From Pseudomonadota bacterium (lineage in GTDB: Bacteria > Pseudomonadota > Alphaproteobacteria > Paracaedibacterales > CAITNM01), in NCBI GenBank assembly GCA_046309815.1, contig JBKCOJ010000007.1, forward strand, positions 26,179-90,178: a DNA stretch of 64,000 nucleotides, written 5' to 3'. Under the pieces are notes generated by a model. It was given only the letters and a program-made list of their open reading frames with translations. It did not search any database and was not told where the DNA came from. The position numbers and the translations under genes were made by a program. Shown piece after piece: positions 9,085 to 19,293 of this stretch (positions are counted from its first letter, which is position 1; every line of letters begins with the position of its first letter).

Positions 9085-9930
9085 ATGGCACTAAATTCCC
9101 TTATGGACTTATTAAAAATTAAGCAAGAAAAACGTGAAAAATTTAGGCATGAAGCAAAAAGCTTAACAAAATTTATCGTTGGTTTTTTGATTTTTAGCAC
9201 CTTGTTTTTTAAGCCGTTTAATATTCCCACCGGTTCAATGATCCCGAATTTATTGATTGGGGATTTTTTGGTAGTGAATAAATTTGCTTATGGATACACG
9301 CGCTACAGCTTGCCATTTGGAGCAGATGTAAACTGGTTCGAGGGACGAGTAATGCCTGAAAATCCGAAGATGGGTGACATTGGTGTTTTTCATAATCCTA
9401 AAGATGCAGAACCCTTTTCCATTCTTGGAATCAAACTTTGGGATTCAGCAAAAGATTACGTGAAGCGTATTATTGGATTACCGGGCGATCGAATCCAGAT
9501 GAAAAAAGGACGCTTATGGATTAATGGTAAAGAATGCCCCATTCAGCGTATTGAAGATTTTCCTTTGGAGCATAATGGAAAAACTATTATGGTGCCTCGC
9601 TACTTAGAAACGCTGCCAAATGGAGTACAGCATACGTTTATAAAATATGTCCCGTTTGGTGAAGCGAGAGCATTTTCGCATGACCCTGAGCATAGCACGG
9701 ATGATACGCCGGAGTATGTGGTACCGGAAGGACATTTCATGATTATTGGTGATAATCGTGATGGATCTCTTGATAGCCGTTATATGAATGATAAGGTAGC
9801 ATTTATTTCTTATGACCATTTAATGGGTAAAGTTGCTTTTGTGTTCTTTTCAACATCCGCTAAATGGTATGAAGTTTGGAAGTGGTTTACAAATGTCCGA
9901 TTAGAGCGGATTATGACGATCCCTAAGTAA
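9085..9930 (+). CDS. lepB: signal peptidase I
   Basis: S26 boxes TGSMIPNL, VKRIIGLPGDRI and GDNRDGSLDSRY. Confidence 0.9.
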   Translation: MALNSLMDLLKIKQEKREKFRHEAKSLTKFIVGFLIFSTLFFKPFNIPTGSMIPNLLIGDFLVVNKFAYGYTRYSLPFGADVNWFEGRVMPENPKMGDIGVFHNPKDAEPFSILGIKLWDSAKDYVKRIIGLPGDRIQMKKGRLWINGKECPIQRIEDFPLEHNGKTIMVPRYLETLPNGVQHTFIKYVPFGEARAFSHDPEHSTDDTPEYVVPEGHFMIIGDNRDGSLDSRYMNDKVAFISYDHLMGKVAFVFFSTSAKWYEVWKWFTNVRLERIMTIPK

Positions 9931-9958
9931 AAACATCAATAATATGAGTAATAAAAAA

Positions 9959-9989
9959 CACCTGCGCTGTTATATCGCAGGTGTTTTTT
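9959..9989. terminator. bidirectional rho-independent terminator between lepB and the patatin gene
   Basis: Hairpin CACCTGCG-ctgttatat-CGCAGGTG flanked by an A-run on the left and a T-run on the right. Confidence 0.6.
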
Positions 9990-10006
9990 CGTTTTAAGCT
10001 TTTAAA

Positions 10007-11107
10007 CTATTTTTTCTTTTTACCGTCAAGCATTTTTAAAGAGCCAGCATGGCCTTTGTGCATATCCCAGTCTTTGCCGGTAAAGTGTTCACGAATTGGC
10101 GCCGTTGTTTTCTTACCGATGCTATCATAATTTTGTTTAATCCAAGCATCAGCGGCATCACGTCCCTTTTGGAAAAGGTGATCAAAGAAGTCCATTTCTG
10201 TGTTTAATTTACTTCCCCAACCAAGTTCTTGGAAACATGCTTCGTCTTCAATTAAATGCATGTATACGCGCTTCATGCGACCTTCAGGAATAACACCTTC
10301 ATCTTGCAATTGACCAATCATATGAATTGCACGCATTTCACGAACAACAGACGCGTTGTTTGTGATTTCATTTAAGCGATCACCAATCTCGCGTGCACTT
10401 GTCGGTAATTTGTTTCGAATAGTTGGGTTTAACTGAATTAAAATAATATCAGATGTCTCACAATCATAAATCAGAGGGAACATCACAGGGTTTCCAATGA
10501 AACCACCATCCCAATAATATTCGCCATTTACCAGTACAGCGCCATGAATAGTGGGCAAACAAGCTGTTGCAAGTAGACACTCTATTTTCAATTCTTCTGT
10601 TTTAAACACCGTTAATTTTCCAGTGAATACGTGTGTAGCACAAAGGAAAACTTTACATTCCTTTTGTTTGCGTAACAATTCAAAGTCAAAAGTTTTTGCA
10701 ATCACGTCACGTAATGGATCTGTTTTCATAGGATTAAGCTCATATGGAGAATACATACGGCTTAGGTATTCAAACATCAAGAAACCTGGAGAGTTATACA
10801 TTGTCCAGTTATTCATGTATTTATCAATTGGACCACGATTGTTAAGAGAGCTATTTTTGCCACTTTCACAAATACGTTCCCAAAATAATCTTAGCGTAGC
10901 ACGCGCTTCTTTATTGCCACCCTTAGCCAAACCTTGTGCTGCAGCTACTGCGTTCATACCGCCCGCTGAAGTTCCTGTAAGGCCTTCAATTTCAAAACGA
11001 CCATCTTCTAATAACTTATCAAGCACACCCCAGGTAAAAGCACCATGAGAACCACCGCCTTGACATGCAATAGCCACCTTTTTTTTCTCTTTAGCTTTAG
11101 TTGTCAT
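10007..11107 (-). CDS. patatin-like phospholipase
   Basis: Oxyanion box CQGGGSHGAF, nucleophile elbow GTSAGG and catalytic DGG (WDGGFIGNP). Confidence 0.85.
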   Translation of the reverse strand: MTTKAKEKKKVAIACQGGGSHGAFTWGVLDKLLEDGRFEIEGLTGTSAGGMNAVAAAQGLAKGGNKEARATLRLFWERICESGKNSSLNNRGPIDKYMNNWTMYNSPGFLMFEYLSRMYSPYELNPMKTDPLRDVIAKTFDFELLRKQKECKVFLCATHVFTGKLTVFKTEELKIECLLATACLPTIHGAVLVNGEYYWDGGFIGNPVMFPLIYDCETSDIILIQLNPTIRNKLPTSAREIGDRLNEITNNASVVREMRAIHMIGQLQDEGVIPEGRMKRVYMHLIEDEACFQELGWGSKLNTEMDFFDHLFQKGRDAADAWIKQNYDSIGKKTTAPIREHFTGKDWDMHKGHAGSLKMLDGKKKK

Positions 11108-11196
11108 AGATTACCTTCCACAAATGTAAAAAATTCTTTATTAATTAAGTAATTCTAAACAAAAATACTTAAAAAAGAGTTAAAAACACTCAGCAT

Positions 11197-12222
11197 ATGA
11201 TCATCTTAGCCATCGAAACAAGTTGTGATGAAACCTCAATATCTATCCTTCAAGATTCTGATATTGATAAGCGCATTCTAAGTTTAGTAACGCGCTCACA
11301 AGTAAGCGTACACCAAGATTATGGAGGAGTTGTACCTGAACTCGCCGCACGAGCTCATCTAAGCAATATTGAACCCATCATGGAGCAAGCTCTTGCTCAA
11401 GCAAAAATAGAACTTAAAGATATTGATGCTATTGCAGTCACAGGCGGCCCTGGATTAATTGGGGGGGTACTAGTAGGTGTGACCTTAGCAAAGGCTCTGC
11501 ATGTTTCCCTGAATAAACCTTTGTACTGCATCAATCACCTTGAGGGGCATGCATTAACAGCCCGATTGAGTCATGATGTCGCCTACCCTTACCTGTTATT
11601 GTTAACATCGGGTGGGCATTGCATGTTTATGGAAGTGCTAGGTTTTCGTCAGTATGTTCTTTTGGGGCAAACTCTGGATGATGCAGCTGGCGAGTGTTTT
11701 GATAAGATTGCCAAGCTTTTAGACTTTGATTTTCCGGGAGGTCCAACCTTAGAAAAAAAGGCTAAATTGGGTGATCCGACACGATTTATCTTTCCAAAAC
11801 CTTTGCAGCATGAACCTGTACCTAATTTTTCTTTTTCAGGTCTGAAAACTGCTGTTAAGCAGACCATTGAAAAAAGCACGCTTGATGAACAGACTGTTTG
11901 TGACATTGCCGCGAGCTTTCAATATACGGTTGGAGAAATATTTAAAGAGCGTTTATCAAAAGCCTTGAAGTGCAGCCAACATAAGGTAGAGCGTTTAGTC
12001 ATGGCTGGTGGTGTGGCTGCAAATCGATATTTACGAGAACAACTTCAGCATGTATGTGCGAATCATGGCATTGAAGCGATTTTTCCACCGATGAATTTGT
12101 GTGTTGATAATGCAGCGATGATTGGATGGGTTGGTATTGAGGCAATACAGCATGGCGTGCTACCATCAGAGAGTGATTTTCAACCAAGACCGAGATGGCC
12201 ACTAGAACAGCTTCATTTATAG
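11197..12222 (+). CDS. tsaD: tRNA N6-adenosine threonylcarbamoyltransferase
   Basis: ILAIETSCDETSISI, INHLEGHAL and GGVAAN motifs of the Kae1/TsaD family. Confidence 0.9.
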   Translation: MIILAIETSCDETSISILQDSDIDKRILSLVTRSQVSVHQDYGGVVPELAARAHLSNIEPIMEQALAQAKIELKDIDAIAVTGGPGLIGGVLVGVTLAKALHVSLNKPLYCINHLEGHALTARLSHDVAYPYLLLLTSGGHCMFMEVLGFRQYVLLGQTLDDAAGECFDKIAKLLDFDFPGGPTLEKKAKLGDPTRFIFPKPLQHEPVPNFSFSGLKTAVKQTIEKSTLDEQTVCDIAASFQYTVGEIFKERLSKALKCSQHKVERLVMAGGVAANRYLREQLQHVCANHGIEAIFPPMNLCVDNAAMIGWVGIEAIQHGVLPSESDFQPRPRWPLEQLHL

Positions 12223-13376
12223 ATTTTCGTCTTCTGAGCCTCTGCTTAATGAATATTCTAGCTGGAATGGAGATGGATATCTTCACGCCCAGTTTCCCTG
12301 AAATCATGGACGCGTTTTCTGTAAATATTGAACAAGTGCAGCTAACGCTTAGTGTGAATTTCACGGCCTATGCATTAGCAACTCTGTGGGTGGGGCCGCT
12401 AGCTGAACGATTTAGCAGTAAGAACATTGCGATTTTATCGTTGGTTCTTTTTTCAATTGGCAGTATTTTTTGCTGCGTTGCTACTTCTTTCTCTGTTTTA
12501 CTAGTGGGCCGCTTATTACAAGGCTTGGGCATGAGCGGTCCCAATGCTTTAAGTTATGCGATTGTTTATGAGTTTTATCCAAAGCACCGCACCAAATACA
12601 TTAGCATTTTAAGTGGATTGAATGCCCTGATGATGGGTGCAGCTCCGGTTTTTGGTAGTTATCTTAATCTTTGGCTTGGGTGGAGATCGAATTTTTTGAG
12701 CTTGCTTATTTTATCGCTTGTGGCTTTAGCTCTTGCTTTTAAATGTTTACCAAAACAAAAAAGTCATCAACACACCGTTCCTGAACTTGGGTTAAAGACA
12801 TATCTGCCCCTTTTTAAATCAAGGCGATTCAACTATCCGGCAGCGTTGGTTGTAAGTTCTGCTGTTTGTTATTTTGTGTTTGTTGGTATTGCCCCTATTT
12901 TTTATCGCGAAGATCTGCATGTTTCATTAGAAGCATTTGGTTTATATCAGGGAGCCTTAGCCTCTTCTTATGGACTTATGTGCTTATTTGGTGGAGCACT
13001 TTGTAAGCGATTTGGAGAAGATACATGTTTTAAAACAAGCCTAGGCCTATATTGTCTTTTTGGCATATTAGCGGGAATTTATGGTTTCTTTTTGCCAACC
13101 AATCCTTTAGTCTTGACCGCCATTTTAATAGGCTGGAGTTTTTCATGCGCTTTGCCGGTAAATATCAGTTACACTCGCGCCTTGGGAGCTGTCAAAGGCG
13201 CTTCGGCTAGAGCTTCAGGAATATTAATAACATTTCGATTAGTGTTTAGCGCAATTGGGTTACAAATTATTGCTCACTTTTATAATCACACCTATTTCCC
13301 ACTAGCCGTGATGATTGGGATTGAAGGTTGCCTTGCCCTGTTTCTTGGCAGGCGCATCATAAAAAGACGCTATTAA
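12195..13376 (+). CDS. MFS transporter (Bcr/CflA-like drug-resistance type)
   Basis: About 12 hydrophobic segments. The start overlaps the tsaD end by 28 nt, and alternative starts lie slightly downstream. Confidence 0.78.
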   Translation: MATRTASFIDFRLLSLCLMNILAGMEMDIFTPSFPEIMDAFSVNIEQVQLTLSVNFTAYALATLWVGPLAERFSSKNIAILSLVLFSIGSIFCCVATSFSVLLVGRLLQGLGMSGPNALSYAIVYEFYPKHRTKYISILSGLNALMMGAAPVFGSYLNLWLGWRSNFLSLLILSLVALALAFKCLPKQKSHQHTVPELGLKTYLPLFKSRRFNYPAALVVSSAVCYFVFVGIAPIFYREDLHVSLEAFGLYQGALASSYGLMCLFGGALCKRFGEDTCFKTSLGLYCLFGILAGIYGFFLPTNPLVLTAILIGWSFSCALPVNISYTRALGAVKGASARASGILITFRLVFSAIGLQIIAHFYNHTYFPLAVMIGIEGCLALFLGRRIIKRRY

Positions 13377-13454
13377 ATTTACTAATAACCAAGACTTAAC
13401 GATATATTAATCCCTCGATAATATTCTTTTATTATTCTTAAGAGTAATAAAAAT

Positions 13455-15557
13455 ATGATCAAGAGCTGTTTAAAGACCTCCTTATGGATATGTCTTAATT
13501 TATTCAGTATGCTTCATTCCAGTCAGAGCTTCTCATCGTCTGAAGAAGAACTATCTTGGGTGCGAACCAAAACTAGTGAGCTTTCAGCATTAGGATACAC
13601 GCAGGCAGCAGATACTTTAGCGCGACAGATTACCCAACAGCTTATTAACCCGGGCGTTGATAAAGTATTATGCGTTGATGAAATCGATCAGCATTTAAAA
13701 TTAGAACTGTATTACGCGTTCAATACGAAATGGGGGTCAGGAAGAACCAAAGATCATCGCATTGTTTATGATTTTTTGAGTAGGCTTGATAAGGCAGCGC
13801 CAAAAAATCGAGCACAAAGAGAATTTTTAAGCGTACTAACGATTCTTTCACTCGCATCTCAGGAGTATTTTTGGAATGAAAAATCAACCGTAATTGATTT
13901 GAGAAATAGAGCAAAAAGAGAGCTACGTTACGGACTTTTTAAAAAAGCAGGACATAAACTTAACGTAGCAAATTTAATATACTTAGAAGAACCTGACATC
14001 GAACGCCTTACGACCGCATGGATTAGTGAGGAATTACTTGGAAAATTGCAGGCTTTAATGGGGAATTTTAGAGACAAAAATTTAGGTGTAACCTTTTCAG
14101 CCATTTTGGAAGATTTAACAACAAAACTAAGTAAGATAGGAATAGCAAAACTTCCCGTTAAGCTGGATGCTAACACCCGCGAAAAATTTAGCCTGGGTGA
14201 ACAAATGGATTTCAGACCAGCATCTTCAGCTGGTGATGGGATGTGTGGGGAAAACAGTCTTTTCATTTCAACCGATGGTGCTTGTGGTGGCATTTCTGAA
14301 GGCAATGCGCGCTATAAAATAGAACGAGCTATTTTAGATCAAGCAGTGGATCCTATTGCGCATCGTCTATATCTACTAATAAGTCCATACATTAATAATT
14401 CCGAGAAATTTTTAGAGATCATTCAATCTCACCTTGCATCTACAGTTGACCCGAATGAAGTTGCTATTAGAGAAGCTATTGTTGGCTACATGCAACAAGA
14501 GATGGATTTAAACACCAGAAGGCAAGAAGGTGCAAGTCAGCAATTACGAGACCTTATCGCACGTGTCACTAAGCCCTTATCAATAATTTTGAATAGGTTT
14601 AAAGATGAGCTTGCCGAGTCAGAAAAATTAAGTGCCTGGACAGGCAATGGAGCAGATGCTTTTAAAGATGCGTCCTGTCGCGATTTTAATAGTCTGATTG
14701 AAGAAGTGTTAAATAGTGAAAGCATAAACCCGGGATTAGTCTCAGTCATAGATCCAATTCGTGCAGAGATTACAAGAATTATGAGCCAACCTGGCATTCA
14801 ACGTCCTAAAAAAATGGCTGAGCGAAATAAGCTGGTGGGAGCTGCGCTTCGCTCATACCTTGATGCTGATATTTTGCCAGGCACGATGAGCGATAAATCT
14901 TTTGATATTGATAAACTTTGTGAGCCAAGAAATGAACGGTATTCTTTCTTAACAAGTTTATGCGTTGCTGCGTGTCGATTGGTTAGGCCTGTTTTAGCCA
15001 CTGCTGCTTCTACGGAAACTTTAATTGAGAGTGAAATTGCTGCAATCAGGGATGAAAAGGATGAGGTGATTCGAGAAATTGAACATACCCTTTCGATGGA
15101 AAGATTAAAGATTTTAGGGCTTTTTAGCACCCTGCCTGCGCAATTTTCCCCTGACATATTAAAAGAAGATATGCATAAAAAAGCCTTAAGTCCTGGAGAA
15201 CTAGCTGGGTGGTTACCTTGCGATGCTATTTATACGCAGCTTTGGGCAATGGTAAACAACTTAAATATTTTTGTTTTTTCAAGTGGGGAAAGCCATGGAA
15301 GATCAGGTCTTGATTTAATGATCCGCCTTAAAGATGATCCTTACACTCAAATAGCAACGCACTATTCACATGGCGTCAGCGGTAAACATTTAGCAACGGT
15401 GATTTTAACCTCACCAACGGCTAAAAATGTTTATTTAAGTAAGTCACCCGCGCATTATGACAAGCTTCTTTCGCCAAATGACTTGGCTGCCATGGCGCGT
15501 GAAGCGCGTCATCTTGAGTGGATGAAAGATCCACAACGATATGCGTTATATCCGTAA
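13455..15557 (+). CDS. secreted OTU-like cysteine protease candidate, paralog 1 (putative deubiquitinase-like effector)
   Basis: 700 aa with signal peptide MIKSCLKTSLWICLNLFSMLHSS. Cys box AGDGMCGENSLFI (Cys264, nt 14244-14246), loop GELAGWLPCDAIYTQLWAMVNNLNIFVF, and His box PAHYDKLL (His667, nt 15453-15455). Confidence 0.55.
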   Translation: MIKSCLKTSLWICLNLFSMLHSSQSFSSSEEELSWVRTKTSELSALGYTQAADTLARQITQQLINPGVDKVLCVDEIDQHLKLELYYAFNTKWGSGRTKDHRIVYDFLSRLDKAAPKNRAQREFLSVLTILSLASQEYFWNEKSTVIDLRNRAKRELRYGLFKKAGHKLNVANLIYLEEPDIERLTTAWISEELLGKLQALMGNFRDKNLGVTFSAILEDLTTKLSKIGIAKLPVKLDANTREKFSLGEQMDFRPASSAGDGMCGENSLFISTDGACGGISEGNARYKIERAILDQAVDPIAHRLYLLISPYINNSEKFLEIIQSHLASTVDPNEVAIREAIVGYMQQEMDLNTRRQEGASQQLRDLIARVTKPLSIILNRFKDELAESEKLSAWTGNGADAFKDASCRDFNSLIEEVLNSESINPGLVSVIDPIRAEITRIMSQPGIQRPKKMAERNKLVGAALRSYLDADILPGTMSDKSFDIDKLCEPRNERYSFLTSLCVAACRLVRPVLATAASTETLIESEIAAIRDEKDEVIREIEHTLSMERLKILGLFSTLPAQFSPDILKEDMHKKALSPGELAGWLPCDAIYTQLWAMVNNLNIFVFSSGESHGRSGLDLMIRLKDDPYTQIATHYSHGVSGKHLATVILTSPTAKNVYLSKSPAHYDKLLSPNDLAAMAREARHLEWMKDPQRYALYP

Positions 15558-15632
15558 AACGGCGTCATATTTTAACTCTTTGTTAATACTTCCTCTTTGA
15601 TACTTAGGTAAAGATTTTACCAGAGGGGATTT

Positions 15633-18143
15633 ATGGTATTTTGGGGATTTTTCTTACTTATCTATACATTTTTTTCATCTTTTGCATTTCCTGTAGAAAC
15701 TGAGGATCAACCTGGCGTAGAGCATATCATTTTTCGGCCAGAAATTCAGCATTTAATAAAAGAGCATATGCGATTTTGCACCCTTGGATATACAGAAGAA
15801 GCAGATACTTTAGCGCGAAAAAATACTCAAGACATTGGAACTTTATTTGCAGATATGGAACTTACAAAAGATGAGTTTAATGAATTGGTGGGAATTCATT
15901 TACGAACAGAGTTTTATTATGCGCTTAATTCAGTGTGGAATTGTGGAGCAACAAGGAATCCACGTCATATCTATGATTTTCTAAGTCAATTTGATAAAGG
16001 ATTTGCTAACACTCCAAAACGTAAAGAACATCTCACCACATTTACCATTCTTTCCCTAGCGGCTCATGAGTATTTTTGGAATGAACGATCCTCAACAGAA
16101 GATTTAAAAAAACATGTAGCACGTGAATTGCGTTATGGACTGTTTAGGGAATCTAGTCATGTATTAGACATGACATCATTGCTTTATTTGGATGAAGGAA
16201 ATATATCTCGTATTTCAAATGCTTTAATTGATGAATTATTTTTGCAGGCTCTATTTTTCTTCACGGAGAGTTATAGAGAGCAAACACTTGGGAGAACTTA
16301 TGCTCAGATATACAGACATTTGAACCAAGTAGTAGAAGAACAACTTAAATCTCCTCATCGACTTTCATTAGATATACTTCCAGAAAATTTACGCGACCAG
16401 GCTGGTTTATACCTTAAGTTACCCCTTTGCCTTGCTGATTCTTTTCCTGATGGTATGTGTGGACAGCACAGCCTTTTCATTCCAACAGATGGTCCTTTAG
16501 CCGCTTCGGAGAGTACTGGAATCGCTGAAGGAAACGGCAGATACAAAATGCTTCGTGCAATTTTAGACAATACTGCGGATGTTGATGCACGACGAATTTA
16601 TCTCATGATTAGTCGTCATATGGATGGTGTGGGTTTTTCTTCTTTAATAGAGAAAATGGTTGCGGAACTGGGAGAAAGAGATGTGGAGCAAGCGAGTGCT
16701 TTAAGAGAAAGAATGATACAGTACAGTCAATTTAAAAGTAATAAACAAGCAGAAAATGAAGAACATATTAATCAATCAAAACGAGAGATGCTAACTGCTG
16801 TGATAGCATTACCTGCTTTAGAAGACGCCTTGAAGGATTTTCATGCAAAAATTAGTGACCCAGAGCAGTTAAAAGTATTGATCCTAGATAAAAACTTTCG
16901 CGATATTATTGATGCAATCTTAAGCTTGAGAAAAGCAAGACCAACAATAGATGAGCGTTTGGCAGGGATAGACGTCGAGATTGAAAGGCTAAGCACTGAA
17001 ATAGCTGCCGAAAAAACAGCCGCTGTTGAGAAAGTAAGAGCAGAGCGAACGCGATTACAAGAAGAAATTAAAAAATTAAGAACCGAATCTCAAGAGTATC
17101 AACAACAGCATCAAGCCGAAGTAAATGAGCTTGCTGTATTGGTATCTCGGCGTCAGCAGCTTCTTAATTTGATACAAAGAAAGCAAGTTCAAGGAAACTC
17201 TGAACAACTAAAGCAAAATGTTGAAAAGCAATTTAAGGATTTTGAGGAAAAATACCCAGAATTTGCCCAATTTATGAATGAAAAACAAATAGCCATTGCT
17301 AAAGTACAACAAGAATATAAAGAACTTAGGGAAGATACTTCCCTTTATGAGCAAAAGTTAGCTGAGAAATATACGTTGATTTGCGAAACGATAAAAGAGT
17401 TTTTAAACCCAAGCATGTTACCTGGGAAAAGCACTGATGCATTTTTATTTGATGAACTTTGCGAGAGTGGATACTCAATATTTATTACCGAGGTTTGCCA
17501 GCCCGTTGCAGAACTTTTACAGCAACCAGAAACGGCAAGATCATGCGGAAAACTTTGGGATGATTTTCAAGATCGTAAGGATATTTTTAATCATCAGGTA
17601 GAGCAGGATTTAATAGCCCAAAGATTGGAAATTGTTAGTTCTTTAACTGAATTTCCTGAAGAATTATCGCCTGCATCATTGGGGGCAGAAATGCAAGAAT
17701 TGGCTTTACGTGGAGGAGAATTGGGAGGATGGTTGCCTTGTGATTCAGCGTATGTGCAATTATGGGCAGTTTTACACAATTTAAATGTTTTTGTTATATC
17801 TGATCAGGAACATTTCGGTAATCAGTTGATTAGACCAAAGCTTAATTTAATGTCGCGTTTTGCCGATCAGCCATATGCACAACAGACAATTTTGTATCCT
17901 CCAGAAAAAACAGGCTTTCATCTTGCAATGGTTATTTTAACGTCAGAACGAGCAAAAAGTGTTGTTTTGCGTAGGCAAAATAATCATTATGAAAAGCTAT
18001 ATGATCCAACTGATCATATCGCCACTTCTATGCAGCAGCGGCATCTTAAGTGGGTCGACCTGGGAGAAAAAATGTATGAGTCTTATCCGAAGAAAGCTGT
18101 AGCTATAACGAACACACAAAGCAACCCAGCGGAAGAGGCTTAA
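15633..18143 (+). CDS. secreted OTU-like cysteine protease candidate, paralog 2, with coiled-coil insertion
   Basis: 836 aa with signal peptide MVFWGFFLLIYTFFSSFAFP. Cys box FPDGMCGQHSLFI (Cys276, nt 16458-16460), GELGGWLPCDSAYVQLWAVLHNLNVFVI, and His box NNHYEKLY (His785). Colinear with 13455..15557. A heptad-rich segment spans about nt 16950-17360. Confidence 0.55.
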   Translation: MVFWGFFLLIYTFFSSFAFPVETEDQPGVEHIIFRPEIQHLIKEHMRFCTLGYTEEADTLARKNTQDIGTLFADMELTKDEFNELVGIHLRTEFYYALNSVWNCGATRNPRHIYDFLSQFDKGFANTPKRKEHLTTFTILSLAAHEYFWNERSSTEDLKKHVARELRYGLFRESSHVLDMTSLLYLDEGNISRISNALIDELFLQALFFFTESYREQTLGRTYAQIYRHLNQVVEEQLKSPHRLSLDILPENLRDQAGLYLKLPLCLADSFPDGMCGQHSLFIPTDGPLAASESTGIAEGNGRYKMLRAILDNTADVDARRIYLMISRHMDGVGFSSLIEKMVAELGERDVEQASALRERMIQYSQFKSNKQAENEEHINQSKREMLTAVIALPALEDALKDFHAKISDPEQLKVLILDKNFRDIIDAILSLRKARPTIDERLAGIDVEIERLSTEIAAEKTAAVEKVRAERTRLQEEIKKLRTESQEYQQQHQAEVNELAVLVSRRQQLLNLIQRKQVQGNSEQLKQNVEKQFKDFEEKYPEFAQFMNEKQIAIAKVQQEYKELREDTSLYEQKLAEKYTLICETIKEFLNPSMLPGKSTDAFLFDELCESGYSIFITEVCQPVAELLQQPETARSCGKLWDDFQDRKDIFNHQVEQDLIAQRLEIVSSLTEFPEELSPASLGAEMQELALRGGELGGWLPCDSAYVQLWAVLHNLNVFVISDQEHFGNQLIRPKLNLMSRFADQPYAQQTILYPPEKTGFHLAMVILTSERAKSVVLRRQNNHYEKLYDPTDHIATSMQQRHLKWVDLGEKMYESYPKKAVAITNTQSNPAEEA

Positions 18144-18144
18144 T

Positions 18145-19293
18145 TTAGGATTCCTCAGCCATCAGTTCATGCAGTTGTTGTTCGGTGATGCCTAAAATGT
18201 CACAAATATCTTCGGTTTTCATTTCTTTATTTTGCATGCGTGTAATTGCTGCGCGTTTTGTTCTTTTTTCACCAACTTTTTCGCCTTCTTCACGTTCCAC
18301 CGCCAGAGTTGCCGCATAAAGATCTCGATTCGCTAAATTCTCTCTGTATTCACCCGTCACTCTCGGACTCCATTGCTGTAAATCTAAACGGTTTAAGGCG
18401 TTGTATATGGCAACAGGCATTATTCCTGTACCTTCGTTATACCATTCTGCTACTTTTGCTGATGTGTACTCCTGCGCATGATGTAAGACACTCACCCACC
18501 AATCCGCCATCGTAAAATCTGCCTGTGGCGGAAACAACGATTTTGTTCTTTCCGCACGTGGTAACTCCACTTGGATCATCTGCAAATAATCAATTTGCTG
18601 TCCCGATTTATCCGTTAAAACATAGTGCTTAATAAATTGCTCTGTTGGTAATGGGTGTTCTTTTACTCTATCCACTAAAGTATCTGGCACCTCTGCCTTA
18701 AGACCACGAATGCGATTCGTGTCATAATCTAAAATTTGTAAGGCAATTACTGGTTTTAGGTTAATATACCAATTCTCAGCACTGAGTTGCCTTTCTGATA
18801 ATTGGCGCGCATAAATTCCACACGCATAAAATAAAGCTCGCTCATCAAACATCACATGACGCTGCGCCTGCATTTCGATAATGTAATGAACCCCGCTTTG
18901 CGATGTCACGTGCAAATCCATGAAGGTCTGTTTCTCTCCCGGGTGCCTAAGCGCTGGGATAGCAACAGGGGCTTCCTCAACTTCCACCACTGGGTCGCCC
19001 CTGAAGGGAGGAATAAAGCAATTTAAGAAAGAAATCACAATTGAAGGGTCACTTCCCATCGATAAAGATAACATATGCTTAAAAGCGGTATCGGTGGTAG
19101 CAATCGCGTAGTGATAGTCGCCAAGCTGATGCAACAATGCTTCTTTGACAACTTCATCGGAAGATTGTTCGATGGTGCGTTTGCGTGATAGTCCTTCTGG
19201 ATCTTTTGATTCCATCGCAAAGGAAGAACCAAGAGCAACACAAATGCCAAAAATAAAAAACTTCTGTAAAAATTGTTGGTTTTTTTTAACCAT
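18145..19293 (-). CDS. Rpn-family / PD-(D/E)XK nuclease family putative transposase
   Basis: FKHMLS...FMDLHVTSQSGVHYIIEMQAQ (D...E.Q nuclease core) with a C-terminal TEDICDILGITEQQLHELM helix-turn-helix-like tail. I prefer the ATG at 19293, which has a GAGGAG SD, over the ORF-track start at 19332. Confidence 0.68.
   Translation of the reverse strand: MVKKNQQFLQKFFIFGICVALGSSFAMESKDPEGLSRKRTIEQSSDEVVKEALLHQLGDYHYAIATTDTAFKHMLSLSMGSDPSIVISFLNCFIPPFRGDPVVEVEEAPVAIPALRHPGEKQTFMDLHVTSQSGVHYIIEMQAQRHVMFDERALFYACGIYARQLSERQLSAENWYINLKPVIALQILDYDTNRIRGLKAEVPDTLVDRVKEHPLPTEQFIKHYVLTDKSGQQIDYLQMIQVELPRAERTKSLFPPQADFTMADWWVSVLHHAQEYTSAKVAEWYNEGTGIMPVAIYNALNRLDLQQWSPRVTGEYRENLANRDLYAATLAVEREEGEKVGEKRTKRAAITRMQNKEMKTEDICDILGITEQQLHELMAEES

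Noticed and set aside
10551-11048. 165-aa ORF on the + strand
   Set aside because: It is antisense to the well-supported patatin-like phospholipase gene and has no motifs.
10007-11107. Patatin gene as the effector of a CBASS-like defence system
   Set aside because: No cyclase, sensor or partner gene is adjacent. The gene is flanked by lepB and tsaD and looks like the widespread stand-alone patatin type.
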